DNA of 64,000 nucleotides, from NCBI GenBank assembly GCA_964188305.1, contig OZ076903.1, one strand, 5' to 3'. The notes beneath the pieces were generated by a model. That model saw only the letters and a list, made by a program, of their open reading frames with translations. It was not told the DNA's origin and ran no database searches. Positions 35,327-49,314 of the stretch are shown here, piece after piece (position 1 is the stretch's first letter; the number at the start of each line of letters is the position of its first letter). Made by a program: the position numbers and the translations under genes. This DNA is from Podarcis bocagei (taxonomy: Eukaryota).

Positions 35327-36987
35327 CTAAGGAAATAAGAATCATCTCCTCAGTGCGGCACTTCCATTCCTTTGTTTTGGACGTTTTCTGCCCTCTCTTT
35401 TGCTCAGCTGAATAAACGAGTGTTTGTTGGATCTCTTCTGTCTCTGACGATTATTGATTCTCTGTGCCAAAGACAGCTGAGATTCGAATAGCGCAGCAAA
35501 CAACAGTTTCTTTCTTAAAATTTGTAAACCATATCTATCATCTAGTTCACTCCCACTCTGCTTGTTGCTTTAAAATATTAATTTGGCTTCTAGGGGGTTT
35601 GCTGAGTCAGTTATGAAAATAAATATATATACATATATATAGAATCCATTTTTAGGCTCCCCCCTCCATATACCGTCTTTTGCATTGAATGAAGTCTTCA
35701 TTCTAATTCACATCTTAACAACCTTGCAGCTGTTTCAATTCAGCAGTTTGTAAACTTGCCCAGACTGGTCTAGCATGCGTCTATACATTAATCCTAATTA
35801 AACTTTTAATGAGCAGAAGAACCTCTGCTTCTTAATGGTGGCGGAGGAGGGTTACCAACAGGCAAAGTGCTTTTGCACTCAGCACCTCCCTGCCTTACGC
35901 ATTCCATATCGGAGTGAAAGCCAGGTACCGAGACAACCTGCAAGTGAAGTCCGCTCCCCCCTGGCTCAGTGGGGGACAGGACTTGCAAGTATAATTACCC
36001 TCAATCATCCTTGTTTTCTCCTTCGCCAACGATCTCCCATTGTCGTGGGAGCTGTCTCCATTAAGGCAGCCAGAACTGGAAGCCATGTCTGCAGTGAAGT
36101 TAATACCTAACTACTTAAATGAAGAGTGCCATAGTGCTTCTTGTAGTGCTTCTAAATTGATAGGAAGGAGCACAGATTTAGAGTAGTTGATTCGCAATCC
36201 CGCTACCCTGTGATACATTTCTATCTGCCACTTAGGTGGCTAAAGGCTGTTATTGGATTTTGCAAAGATGAAAGGGTGTCATCTGCCAACATACTCACTT
36301 TGTGTACCTCATCCTGCACAATGACACCCTCTGTAAAAGGCGTCTGTGCATAGTTGGATGCCTAGTATCCCCATGAACAATGCAAACAGCAATGGCGACA
36401 GAGGGCAGCCCTGCTGGGTGTCCCTTAAGAGGTCGATAACCTGAGAATGAAATCCATTGATTGCTTAAAGAGGTGCAAGAACTTAGAAAACAAGGAATCA
36501 ATTCTTTAAAAAATTCTTCTATTGTCCAGCACAAGTAAACACCTTGCTTTATTTCTTTGAGCAATTAGAACCACGTCCCTCACAAACATAATAAATTTAT
36601 GATATCATTTGATAGAAATCTCTGTTTACAGATGGATTAAAAATAATAATACTGGTGAACAAACATTAATCAAGATAAACAAATCCTAAAAGAATTATGT
36701 ATCACTGTTTGTCAAGCCAGATGCAAAGATGATATCTAGCACCACTGTTGAATTTGCAAAAATGACAGCAGAATATATGATAAAGATTTAGTAATGGATT
36801 CTTTCCAGATGTGATTTGCATCTGTACAGAATCAACAAATGAAAATAGCTGGCTCCCCTCCCTGCAAGTTTCTCTATTCTGGAAAGTGGGCAGAAGTATT
36901 CTGCTCCCCACTGGTCATATAAAGAGCAGCATCAGCATCAGCCTGTGCTAATATTACACATTACACTGGAAGGAACGCTTCTATTTC

Positions 36988-37911
36988 ATGCTCAGAAAGA
37001 TGCCTACCTTATTTGAATTGTTTGGCTTCATTCTTCTGGTGATTGAAACCCTCATAGGAATGGTGGGGAATGGATTCATTGCTATCGTGAACTGCATTGA
37101 CTGGTTTAGAAGCCGAAAACTATCCCCAGCTGACATGATCCTCAGTTGTCTTAGCTTGTTCAGATTTGCATTTCATGTTGTTTTGATACGGGCTGAAATA
37201 TCCAACCTCTTTTTCGTGGACGCTGTCATTATGCTGAACCTAAACATTTCATCTGATTTCTCATGGCTATTTCTTAATACGGCTAGCCTTTGGTTTGCCG
37301 CTTGGCTCAGTGTCTTGTACTGTGTAAAAATTTCTAACTTCTCCCACCCTCTCTTCCTGCAAATGAAGCGGAGATTCCCTGGACTGGTGCCTTGGCTGCT
37401 TCTGGGGACAGTGGTCTTCTCTGCAATCACCACCACTGTGGCATTAACAGGCAGTAACATTTTTTCTAAATGTAATCTATATGAATCACATCTAAACAAG
37501 AACAATGACTCAGCAATTAACACGACCAGTTCCTGTGAGTTTCTTATCCTACTATATATTTTTCCAAATCTCTTTCCCTTCACGATGTTTTTGTTCTCAT
37601 CCATTTTATTACTAACTTCTCTGTGGAGGCACAAAAATCTGTTACAAAACAGTGCAAGGGATGTCAGCACAAAAGTTCACCTGAATGCCATCAAAGCCCT
37701 GGCTTCTTTCTTCGTTCTCTATGTAACTAACATTTTTGTGGAAATCTTGTCGATAGTTTTCTTTTGGAAGGGCATTTACGACATTGGGGTGCATTTAATT
37801 CTTTTTAATGTGATTGCTGCATATTCCTCTGGTCATGCCGTTAGCTTGATCTTCATGAGTCCCAAACTGAAACAGGAATCAATCAAGATGCTACATCAAC
37901 TAAGATGCTGA
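36988..37911 (+). CDS. TAS2R: TAS2R copy 6, intact, 307 aa (closest to copy 2)
   Basis: TAS2R motifs; octamer 36814-36821, TATA 36918-36923. Confidence 0.95.
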   Translation: [307 protein letters not shown]

Positions 37912-39747
37912 ATGAAGCATTGAATGAATGAATGAATGAATGAATGAATGAATGAATGAATGCACTATCATGTCCAGACTGAACAGCAAGTGTTCTACCA
38001 ATATAGGTTCCTTCTTAGTTCTGTGCTTTACTTTCATATATACCTATTAACTTCCTCCCCGTTATTTACACAGCATTGTGAGGTGGCTGGTATATGGTTA
38101 ATCAGAGCTCTGAAGATGCTGTTTTTTTCTTAATGGCTGCAGCTCTTTCCATGAATGGTCGATTCACCTGTATGTTATGTGCCTCAGAGAGAGCAAGCAG
38201 CATTGAAATGGGAATGAACAGAGACTTGAGAATGAACAAAAGTAAGTCGAAAGTAGAGGATCCAGCTTTTGTGGGGGGAATCTTCTGCCTGCAGTAGGAG
38301 ATAATCTCCTGCGGCACTTTCCAATTCTGCGGCACTCTCCTGCGGCACTTTCTAATTTCCAAGTCTGGGATCCGCTAAACCGGTTTAACCAGGAGGAATG
38401 TTGAAGATTACTTTCATAGACGTATCATTTATTCAAATGTTTGCAAGTAGATAGTAGAGAGTGACTAAGGAATATACAGATATTGTTCCTGAACAGCAAG
38501 TGCTGCCAGCAAGGGATCTGTATAAATAACAAAAGCCCGACAGTTTTGACTCAGGCTGTGTACGCATTACCATTTTCCCCCAGCTCTAATTCTAGCGCAC
38601 TCCCACCACTGGTGTTTGAATCCAAGCACACGTGACTGAAGCCACAATCCGTATGTGTCCTGCAGCATCTTGAGAAGTGCTGGTGTTCAATGTCTTTGCC
38701 CTCAAACCGGCTTCCATCTGATAGAAAGCTGTAAGTTGCGGTATCTTTTTAAATTTTATTCACTTTTTATATTTGCTATTCCGTTTCCTTATCAAGTAAT
38801 TCAGAGAGACTTACACACAAAAAAAAACCCCTCAAACTAAAGCCCAGGCGTAAAGAAAAGACTTTACAGTGGTACCTTGGGTTAAGAACTTAATTCGTTG
38901 TGGAGGTCTGTTCTTAACCTGAAATGGTTCTTAACCTGAAGCACCACTTTAGCTAATGGGGCCTCCTGCTGCCGCTGTGCCGCCGCTTCATGATTTCTGT
39001 TCTCATCCTGAAGCAAAGTTCTTAACCCGAGATAATATTTCTGGGTTAGCAGGGTCTGCAACCTGAAGCATATGTAACCCGAGGTAGTATTTGGCTAAAA
39101 CTGGATGGTGGTGGTGGCGGCAGGCCTGCCTCCCTGGGAAGAGCATTCCACAAGTGAGGGGCCACCACTGATAAGGCCTTTTCTCATGTCACCACCCTCC
39201 AAAGTTTCCATGGAGGAGAAGCACAAATAAGGGCCTCGGATGATGACAGCATGATCCACTTTGGTTCCCCTGGGAAGAGGCAAATAAGCTGAGATGTATA
39301 TTTTTTGAACAGCTCTTCAGCATGCACACGACACCCCACTGAATTGGAGTTGGGGGCGCCGCAGGTGCAGGAAAACAAATCAGGTAATGCAAAACGGTTG
39401 AAAGACATCTCCACCCGCTTTTGATTTGAGATGTAGCAATGTGAGTGAGGGACAAACCACTAATTTGTACCTAGCTCTAGGAAATGAGGGCGAGAGAGTG
39501 CTGAATTGATTTCTAAAAGGATCAGATGGTGCTGGCTGTCTCTCTGAAAATCTGATGGGGGAGCCAAGAGCTATTAGACATCTGTTGGAGTGCTTAATGC
39601 TAAATTTTCACCTGTCTTCTACTTATATATTTCTAAGTAAGCACAACTATTTCAAAATGCCATCAAGCATCCCTCTAAGCCTATTCCAAAGGAAACCAAA
39701 TGTCTGAAACTTCTCACTGCTTAGAGACTTTGTGTGTTCTTAACAGA

Positions 39748-40094
39748 ATAAGGTAAAGGTAAAGGGACCCCTGACCATTAGCTCCAGTCGTGACCGACTC
39801 TGGGGTTGCGGCGCTCATCTCACTCTATAGGCCGAGGGAGCAGGCATTTGTCCGCAGACAGCTTCCGGGTTATGTGGCCAGCATGACAGAGCTGCTCATA
39901 GTGAACGAGAGCAGCGCACGGAAATGCCGTTTACCTTCTCACCAGAGCGGTACCTATTTATCTACTTGCACTTGGACGTGCTTTCAAACTGGTAGGTTGG
40001 CAGGAGCAGGGACTGAGAAACGGGAGCTCATCCCGTCGTGGAGATTTAAACCACCAACCTTCTGATTAGCAAGTCCTAGGCTCTGTGGTTTAAC
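39748..40094 (-). mobile_element. Sauria SINE (duplicate of 12588-12933)
   Basis: Near-identical sequence and flanks. Confidence 0.9.
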
Positions 40095-40798
40095 TAGCTA
40101 TAGCAAAATCACTAAGTTCCTAGTGGTGGTTGCTTTTTGGGGGGTCAGGGTTGTTGTTGTTGTTTTATTATTATTATTATTATTTCTATCCAATGTGAAC
40201 AGCAATGGCAACAGAGGGCAGCCCTGCTGGGTGTCCCTTAAGAGGTCGAAACCTGAGTATCAAATCCACTGATTGCTTAAAGAGGTGGAAGAACTTAGAA
40301 AGCAAGGAATCAGTTTTTTAAAAAATTCTTCTGCTGGCATGCACAATTGAACACCCTGTTTTATATTCTGACCAATTAGAACCACGTTCCTCACAAACAC
40401 AATAAATTTATGAAATCATTTGATAGACACCTCTGTTTTCAGATGGATTAAAAATAATCATACTGGTGAACCAACATTAATCAAAATAAACAAATCCTAA
40501 AAGAATCATGTATCACTGTTTGTCAAGCCAGATGCAAAGATGATATTTAGCACCACTTTTGAATTTGCAAATATGACGTCATAACTGATGCTATAGATTT
40601 AGTAATATACTCTTTCCAGATGTGATTTGCATTTGCACAGAATCAACAAATGAAAATAGCTCACATCCCTCCCTGCAAGTTTCTCTATTCTTGAGAGAAG
40701 GCAGAAGTATTCTGCTCCCCACTGGTCATATAAAGGGCAGCATCAGCATCAGCCTCTGCTAATATTATACATTGCACTGGAAGGAACGCTTCTATTTC

Positions 40799-41722
40799 AT
40801 GCTCAGAAAGATGCTTACCTTATTTGAATTGTTTGGCTTCGTTCTTCTGGTGATTGAAACCCTCATAGGAATGGTGGGAAATGGATTCATTGCTATCGTT
40901 AACTGCATTGGCTGGCATAGAAGTCGAAAACTATCCCCGGCTGACATGATCCTGAGTTGTCTTAGCTTGTTCAGATTTGCATTTCATGCCGTTACGCTAC
41001 AGATTGCAATATTCAAACTCTTCTTCGTGGACCCTTTTCTGATGTTGAAGCTAAACATTGCATATGATTTCTCATGGCTATTTCTTAATACGACTAGCCT
41101 TTGGTTTGCCGCTTGGCTCACTGTTTTGTACTGTGTGAAAATCGTTAACTTCTCCCACCCTCTCTTCCTGCAAATGAAGCGGAGATTCCCTGGACTGGTG
41201 CCTTGGCTGCTTCTGGTGACAGTGGTCTTCTCTGCAATCACCACCACTGTGGCAATAACAGGCAGTATCATTGTGTCTAAATGTAATCCTTTTGAATCAC
41301 ATCTAAACAATAGCAGTGACTCAGGAATTAACACGACCAATTCCTGTGAGTTTCTTACCCTACCATATATTTTTCCAAATCTCTTTCCCTTCATGATATT
41401 TTTGTTCTCATCCATTTTATTGCTAACTTCTCTGTGGAGGCACAAAAATCTTCTACGAAACAGTGCGAGTGATGCCAGCAGAGAAGTTCACCTGAATGCC
41501 ATCAAAGCCCTGGCTTCTTTCTCCATTCTCTACGTAACTAACGTTTTTGTGGCAATTTTGTCAATAGTTTTGTCTCGGATGGGCATTAACGACAATGGAG
41601 TGCATTTCATTTTTTTAAATGTGATTGCTGCATATTCCTCTGGTCATGCTCTTATCCTGATCTTCATCAGTCCGAAATTGAAACACGCATCAGTAAGGAT
41701 GTTACATCAACTAAGATGCTGA
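40799..41722 (+). CDS. TAS2R: TAS2R copy 7, intact, 307 aa
   Basis: ATG at 40799 (track start 40772 is TTG); octamer 40625-40632, TATA 40729-40734. Confidence 0.95.
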   Translation: [307 protein letters not shown]

Positions 41723-44594
41723 ACGAAGTATTGAATGAATGAATGAATGAATGAATGAATGAATGAATGAATGCACTATCGTGTCAAGGCTGAAGAGCAA
41801 GTGTTCTACCAATGTAGGTTCCTTCTTAATTCTGTGCTTTACTTTCATATATACCTATTAACTTCATCCCCGTTATTTACACAGCATTGTGAGGTGGCTG
41901 GTATATGGTTAATCAGAGCTCTGAAGATGCTGATTTTTTCTTAATGGCTGCAGCTCTTTCCTTGAATGGTCAATTCACATGTATGTTATGTGCCTCAGAG
42001 AGAGCAAGCAGCATTGAAATGGGAATGAACAGAGACGAAATAAGCTGAAAGTAGAGAATCCAGCCTTTCTGGGGAGAATCTTCTGCCTGAAGTAGGATAT
42101 AATCTTCTGGGACACTTTCCAGTCCTGCAATTTCAAATGTGGGATCTGCTAAAACCAGTCTAACTAGGTAGAATGTTGAAGATTACTTTCGTAGACGTAT
42201 CGTTTGTTACAATGTTTGCAGGTAGATAGCAGAGAATGACTAAGGAATATACAGATATTGTACCTGAAAACCAGGGACAGGCGGGAACACACATCACTCG
42301 CGGCTCATCTACGTACCTGGCTCTCGCTCCGGTATGGATTGTGGGAGGCAGGGAGGCGCTAAGTGCAAAAGCACTTTGCCTGCCGATAATCCTCCCCTGT
42401 TGCCATTAAGAAACAGAAGTTCTCCTGTTAATTAGAGCTTAATTTGGACTAATGTACATGCGCATGTGAGAATAGATGAGAGCATAAACTGCGGAACTCA
42501 ACCAGCTGCAAGGTCTTTAAGGTCTGAACTTGAGAGATGATGTCATTCAGTACAAAAGATGGGGGGAGGGGTACCTATGGCGGCTTTATATGAAGTTTTC
42601 TTCTCTACATTTATGATTCGGCAACCCTCCCATGAATGCTAGTTCAGATTGTATATGTGCAAGTGAGGAGGGATGAAACTGGATTGTAGATATGGAATAT
42701 AACATTAAATGGAACTGTGTGTGTAAAAACAACAACAAGGAAAAAGGGAGGGAAGCTCTGGAAACATGCGATGGAAACTTAGAGCTGACGCTTCCCCATC
42801 CTTTATTATTTACGGACTGAACTGAATAATGTTAAAAGGACTTGGAATTCAATATAATTCGAAGTACAACTGCTCAGTTATCTCCAGCCTGGCTGATAGA
42901 CGAAAGGAATCTGCAAACTTGCCAAGGAACTGATAAGGTTCATTACTTGGACAGTGTGATTTTTGCAGCTTTTGTCATAGTCGCAAAACAACGAAGCATG
43001 GGACGGAACAATGGAGCAATTTCTGACACAACAATGGGATATTAGCTCCACCCAAGGCATGATGGAGAACAGCAACAACCGGGAAAAGAGAGGCATAACA
43101 TTTTACAAGGACAGGAAGAAACATCACGGACAGAATAATTGTCACACACGAAGAACAAGGATATAGTTTGAGTGCCTCACTTGTAGTTTCATAAATCATT
43201 TAATGTGTCAACATGAATAGAAATAATTAATACTGCAGCTGTTGTATTATTATTTTGATTGGAATGCAATTGAAATTAATAACATATTGGAAGGCAGAAA
43301 TAAAGAAAATCATCATACCATCAATTCTAGCATGGGGGGGTACCAATCATTTGGTATTTGAATGATTTGTATTAGTAATTGTATTATACTTTGGCATTGT
43401 TATAATGAGGCTATCATTGGACTATAATTGAAAACTAATTAAAATTATTATCAGAAAGAAAGAAAGAAAAGTCTGGTCTCTGCTCTGTTTCCTGTGAAAG
43501 CCTGCTAGTGATGGATAGTCTTAATTGCCATTACAGTGGTATCTCAAGTTTCAAATGCCTCAGGCTACAAACTCCACTAACCTGGAAGAGTTACCTTGAG
43601 TTGAGAACTTTGCCCCAGGATGAGAACGGAAATCGTGTGCTGGCGGCACAGCGGCAGGAAGAGGCCCCATTAGCGAAAGCACGCCTCTGTTTAAGAACAG
43701 TTTCTGTCCTCTCTTTTGCTCAGCTGAATAAACAAGTGTTTGTTGGATCTCCTCTGTCTCTGGCTATTATTGATTCTCTGTGCCAAAGACGGATGAGATT
43801 CAAATAGCGGAGCCAACAACAGTTTCTTTTTTTTATTTGTAAACCATATCTATAATCTAGTTCACTCCCACTCTTCTTGTTGCTTTAAAATATTAATTTG
43901 GCATCTAGGGGGTTTGCTGAGTCAGTTATGAAAATTAAAAAAAATAAATGAAGACCCATTTTTAGGGTCCCCCCCTCCACATACTGACCATTGCACTGAA
44001 TGAAGTCTTCTTTCTTATTCACATCTTAACAACCTTGCAGCTGTTTCAATTCTGCAGTTTGTAAGCTTCTCCCAACTCTTCTAGCATGCATCTATACATT
44101 ACTCCTAATTAAACTTTTAATGAGCGGAAGGATCCCTGCTTCTTAATGATGGTGTAGGAGGGTTACCAACAGGCAAAGTGGTTTTGCACTCAGCATCTCC
44201 CTGCCTCCCGCATTCCATATTGGAGCGAAAGCCAGGTACCGAGACGATCTGCAAGTGAAGTCTGTTCCCCCCTGGCGCTGGGGGGACCTTGCAAGGATAA
44301 TTACCCACAATCATCCTTGTTTTTTTCTTTGCCAACAATTTCCCATTGCCATGGGAGCTGTCTCCATTAAGGCAGCCAGAACTGGAAGCCGTGTCTGCAG
44401 TGAAGTTAATACCTAACTACTTAAATTCTCCATGCGCTATGGCAAATGGAGAGTTAGCTAGTAACCAGCCTCTTGTAGTGTTTCTAAATTGATAGGAAGG
44501 AGCGCAGATTTAGAGTAGTTGATTTGCAATCCTGCTACCCTGTGATACATTTATAGCTGCCACTTAAGTGGTTAAAGGGCTGTAAATGGATTTT

Positions 44595-45722
44595 AGCTCT
44601 GCTTTTAACACTATCCTCCCCCATAGACTGGTGTCCAAGCTAGAGACGATTGGACTCCCCAACTCCACCTGTCTCTGGGTTTTGGATTTTTTGTCAGAAC
44701 GTTCTCAGAGGGTTAGAGTAGGGTCACATGTGTCCACAGCCCTTAGCCTTAACACCGGCTCACCACAGGGTTGCGTGTTGAGTCCCCTGCTCTATGCTCT
44801 CTATACGTATGACTGTACAGCCATCTACTCCAGCAACAAAATCATCAAGTTTGCTGATGATACTACGGTGGTGGGGCTCATTTCAGGAGGGGATGAGTCC
44901 GCCTATCGGGACGAGGTGGAGCGGCTCTGTGTTTGGTGTGGAGAGAACAATCTGGCTCTTAATACGGCTAAGACCAAGGAATTGGTGGTGGATTACAGGG
45001 GAAAAAAGGCGGACATTCAGCCCTTGTATATCAACGGGGAACGGGTGGAGAGGGTGGCGGAATTCAGGTTTTTGGGAGTGATTATGGATCAGGGCATGAC
45101 TTGGAGCGCAAATACCACTGCTCTGGTGAAGAAGGCCCAGCAGAGAATTTATTTCCTCAGACTTTTAAAAAAGAACAATCTGAGTGAGAGACTGCTGGTG
45201 TCCTTCTACCGAGGCTCCATAGAGAGCATACTCACATACTGTATTTGTGCTTGGTTCTCCGGTTGTACAGCTAGGGAGAGGAAGGTGCTCCAGAAGGTCA
45301 TAACCACAGCCCAAAGGATTATTGGTCATCCTCTCCCATCTTTGGAAGAACTGTACGGTTCCCGTTGCCTTAGGAAAGCAAACAACATCCTGCAGGATCC
45401 ATCTCACCTGGGATACAGTCTGTTTGCACTACTGCCTTCTGGCAGGAGGTATAGAAACATCAAGTCAAGGACAAATAGACTGAAAAACAGTTTCTATCCA
45501 AGAGCTGTGGCCTTTTTGAATGCTGTAACTCGATAGTGAGATCTGGGAGTTTTTGGGGGTGGGTGTGGGAGTGGTTGGAAGGTGGTTTGGTTGGTTGTTG
45601 TTGTTGTTTTGCTTTTACTGTTTTTAAGGGATGGCATCCAATTTCGTTGCACTTGTGCAATGTTGCACTAGTGTAATGACAATAAAGAATCTATCTATCT
45701 ATCTATCTATCATCTATCTATC
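44595..45722 (+). mobile_element. Rex1/Babar-clade LINE, 5'-truncated, RT C-terminal part uninterrupted
   Basis: DFSSAFNTI, GSPQGCVLSPLLY, FADDT, FRFLG, KKAQQRIYFLR, LLPSGRRYR, NSFYPRA; AATAAA plus (TATC)n tail; 12-bp TSD taaatggatttt (44583-44594, 45723-45734). Confidence 0.9.
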
Positions 45723-46456
45723 TAAATGGATTTTGCAAAGATAAGAGGGTGTCATCTGCAAACATACTTTGTGTACCTCATTCTGCACAATAACACCGTC
45801 TGTAGATGCATCTTTGCATAGTTGGATGCCTAGTACCTCCATGAACAATGCAAACAGCAATGGCAACAGAGGGCAGCTCTGCTGGGTGTCCCTTAAGAGA
45901 TCAAAACCTGAGCGTCAAATCCATTGATTGCTTAAAGAGGGGCAAGTACTACAAAAACAATGAATCAATTCTTTTTTAAAAAAATCTTCTATTGGCATGC
46001 ACAATTGAACACCCTGTTTTATTTCTCTGACCACTTAGAACCACTTTCCTCACTAACAAAATAAATTTATGAAATCATTTGATAAACACCTCTGTTTTCA
46101 GATGGATTAAAAATAATCATACTGGTGAACCAAAATTAATCAAAATAAACAAATCCTAAAAGAATCATGTATCCCTGTTCGTCAAGCCAGATGCAAAGAT
46201 GATATTTAGCACCACTGTCGAATTTGCAAATATGACAGCAGAATATATGATATAGATTTAGTAGTGGAATCTTCCAGATGTGATTTGCATCTGAACAGAA
46301 TCAACAAATGAAAATAGCTGGCTCCCCTCCCTGCAAGTTTCTCTATTCTGGAAAGTAGGCAGAAGTATTCTGCTCCCCACTGGTCATATAAAGGGCAGCA
46401 TCAGCATCAGCCTGTGCTAATATTACACATTACACTGGAAGAAACGCTTCTATTTC

Positions 46457-47099
46457 ATGCTCAGAAAGATGCCTACCTTATTTGAATTGTTTGGCTTCAT
46501 TCTTCTGGTGACTGAAACCCTCACAGGAATGGTGGGAAATGGATTCATTGCGATCGTTAACTACATTGACTGATTTAGAAGCCAAATAGTATCCCCGGCT
46601 GACATGATACTGAGTTTGCTTGGCTTGTTCAGATTTGCATTTCATGCCGTTTTGATACAGGTTGCAATAATAAACGTCTTTTTTGTTGAGACCTTTAAGA
46701 TAATGAATGTATATATTGCATACAATGCCCTGTGGCTATATCTTAATAAGCCTAGCCTTTGGTTTGCCTCTTGGCTCAGTGTTTTGTACTGTGTAAAAAT
46801 TGCTAACTTCTCCAACCCTCTCTTCCTGCAAATGAAGCAGAGATTCCCTGGGCTGGTGCCTTGGCTGCTTCTGGGGACTGTGGGCTTCTCTGCAATCACC
46901 ACCACTGTGGCACAAACAGCCTTTATTATGACTAAATGTAATCGTGATCTATTTGAATCACATCTAAACAATAACAATGTCTCGGCAACTAACACGACCA
47001 ATTCCTGTGCGTTTTTTATCCTACTTGATATTTTATCAAATTATCTTCCTTTCATGATATTTTTGATCTCATCCATTTTATTACTAACTTCTCTGTGGA
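46457..47099 (+). pseudogene. TAS2R: TAS2R copy 8: Trp39 to TGA (46571-46573) and 3' truncation after TSLW
   Basis: 5' flank with octamer 46283-46290 and TATA 46387-46392; fused at ~47100 to MITE sequence. Confidence 0.92.
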
Positions 47100-48396
47100 A
47101 GGTACTATTTCTGGCTTAGCAAGAGGCCCCAACTGAATAAACGAGTGTTTGTTGGATCTCCTCTCTCTCTGGCTATTATTGATTCTCTGTGCCAAAGACA
47201 GCTGAGATTCGAATAATTAAACTTTTAATGAGCGGAAGAACCTCTGTTTCTTAATGGTGGCAGAGGAGGGCTACCAATAGGCAAAGTGCTTTTGCACTCA
47301 GCATCTCCCTGCCTCCTGCATTCCATATCGGAGTGAAACCCAGGTACTGAGATGATCTGCATGTGAAGTCTGTCCCCCCCCCCTTGCCCCGGGGGCGGGG
47401 GGACTTGCAAGTATAATTACCCTCAATCATCCTTGTTTTCTCCTTCCCTAACAATCTCCCATTGTTGTGGGAGCTGTCTCCATGAAGGCAGCCAGAACTG
47501 GAAGCCGTGTCTGCAGTGAAGTTAATACCTAACTACTTAAATGGAGAGTGCCATAGTGCTTCTTGTAGTGCTTCTAAATTGATAGGAAGGAGCGCAGATT
47601 TAGAGTAGTTGATTTGCAACTCTGCTACCCTGTGGTACATTTCTATCTGCCACTTAGGTGGCTAAAGGCTGTTATAGGATTTTGCAAAGATGAAAGGGTG
47701 CCATCTGCCACCATACTCACTTTGTGTACCTCATCCTGCACAATGACACCCTCTGTAGAAGGCGTCTTTGTATAGTTGGATGCCTAGTACCCTCATGAAC
47801 AATGCAAACAGCAATGGCGACAGAAGGCAGCCCTTCTGGGTGTCCCTTAAGAGGTCGATAACCTGAGCGTCAGATCCATTGATTGCTTAAAGAGGTGCAA
47901 GAACATAGAAAACAATGAATCAATTCTAATAAAAATTCTTCTATTGTCCTGCACAATTAAAGACCTCACTTCATTTCTTTGAGCAATTAGAACCACGTCT
48001 CTCACAAACATAATAAATTTATGAAATAAATTTGATAGACATCTCTGTTTTCAGAGGGATTAAAAATAATAATACTGGTGAACAAACATTAATCAAGATA
48101 AACAAATCCTAAAAGAATCATGTATCACTCTTTGTTAAGCCAGATGCAAAGATGATATTTAGCACCACTGTCGAATGGCAGCAGAATATATGATATAGAT
48201 TTAGTAATGGAATCTTTCCAGATGTGATTTGCATGCAAACAGAAATAAAAAATGGAAAAAAACTCGCTCCCTTCCCTGCAAGTTTCTCTATTCTGGAAAG
48301 TAGGCAGATCAGTTCTCCACTGGTCATATAAAGAGCAGCATCAGCATCAGCCTGTGCTAATATTACACATTACACTGAAAGAAACGCTTCTATTTC

Positions 48397-49314
48397 ATGC
48401 TTAGAAAGATGCCTACCTTATTTGAATTGTTTGGCTTCGTTCTTCTGGTGATTGAAACCCTCACAGGAATGGTGGGAAATGGATTCATTGCTATCGTTAA
48501 CTGCATTGACTGGTTTAGAAGACATAAACTATCCCCGGCTGACATGATCCTAAGTTGTCTTAGCTTGTTCAGATTTGCATTTCATGCCGTTCTGATGCAG
48601 GCTGAAATATCCAACCTCTTTTTCGTGGACCCTTTTCTGATGCCGAAGATAAAAATTTCATCTGATTCCTCATGGATGTTTCTAAATACAGCTAGCCTTT
48701 GGTTTGCCGCTTGGCTCAGTGTTTTGTACTGTGTAAAAATTGCTAACTTCTCCCACCCTCTCTTCCTCCAATTGAAGCGGAGATTCCCTGGGCTGGTGCC
48801 TTGGCTGCTTCTGGGGACTGTGGGCTTCTCTGCAATCACCACCACTATGACAATAACAGGCATTATGACTAAATGTAATATATATGAATCACATCTAAAC
48901 CATAACAATGTCTCAGCAATTAACACGACCAATTCCTGTGTGTTTTTTATCCTACTTGATATTTTATCAAATTTCCTTCCTTTCATGATATTTTTGATCT
49001 CATCTATTTTATTACTAACTTCTCTGTGGAGGCACAAAAATCTTCTACGAAACAGTGCAAGGGATGTCAGCACAGAAGCTCACCTGAATGCCATCAAAGC
49101 CCTGGCTTCTTTCTCCATTCTCTACGTAACTAATGTTTTTGTGGAAATCTTGTCAATAGTTTTATTTTGGATGGGCATTAACGACAATGGGGTGCATTTA
49201 ATTTTTTTTAATGTGATTGCTGCATATTCCTCTGGTCATGCTCTTATCCTGCTCTTCATGAGTCCCAAACTGAAACAGGAATTAATCAAGATGCTACATC
49301 AACTAAAATACTGA
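48397..49314 (+). CDS. TAS2R: TAS2R copy 9, intact, 305 aa
   Basis: TAS2R motifs; 2-codon shorter ECL2; octamer 48227-48234, TATA 48327-48332. Confidence 0.95.
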   Translation: [305 protein letters not shown]

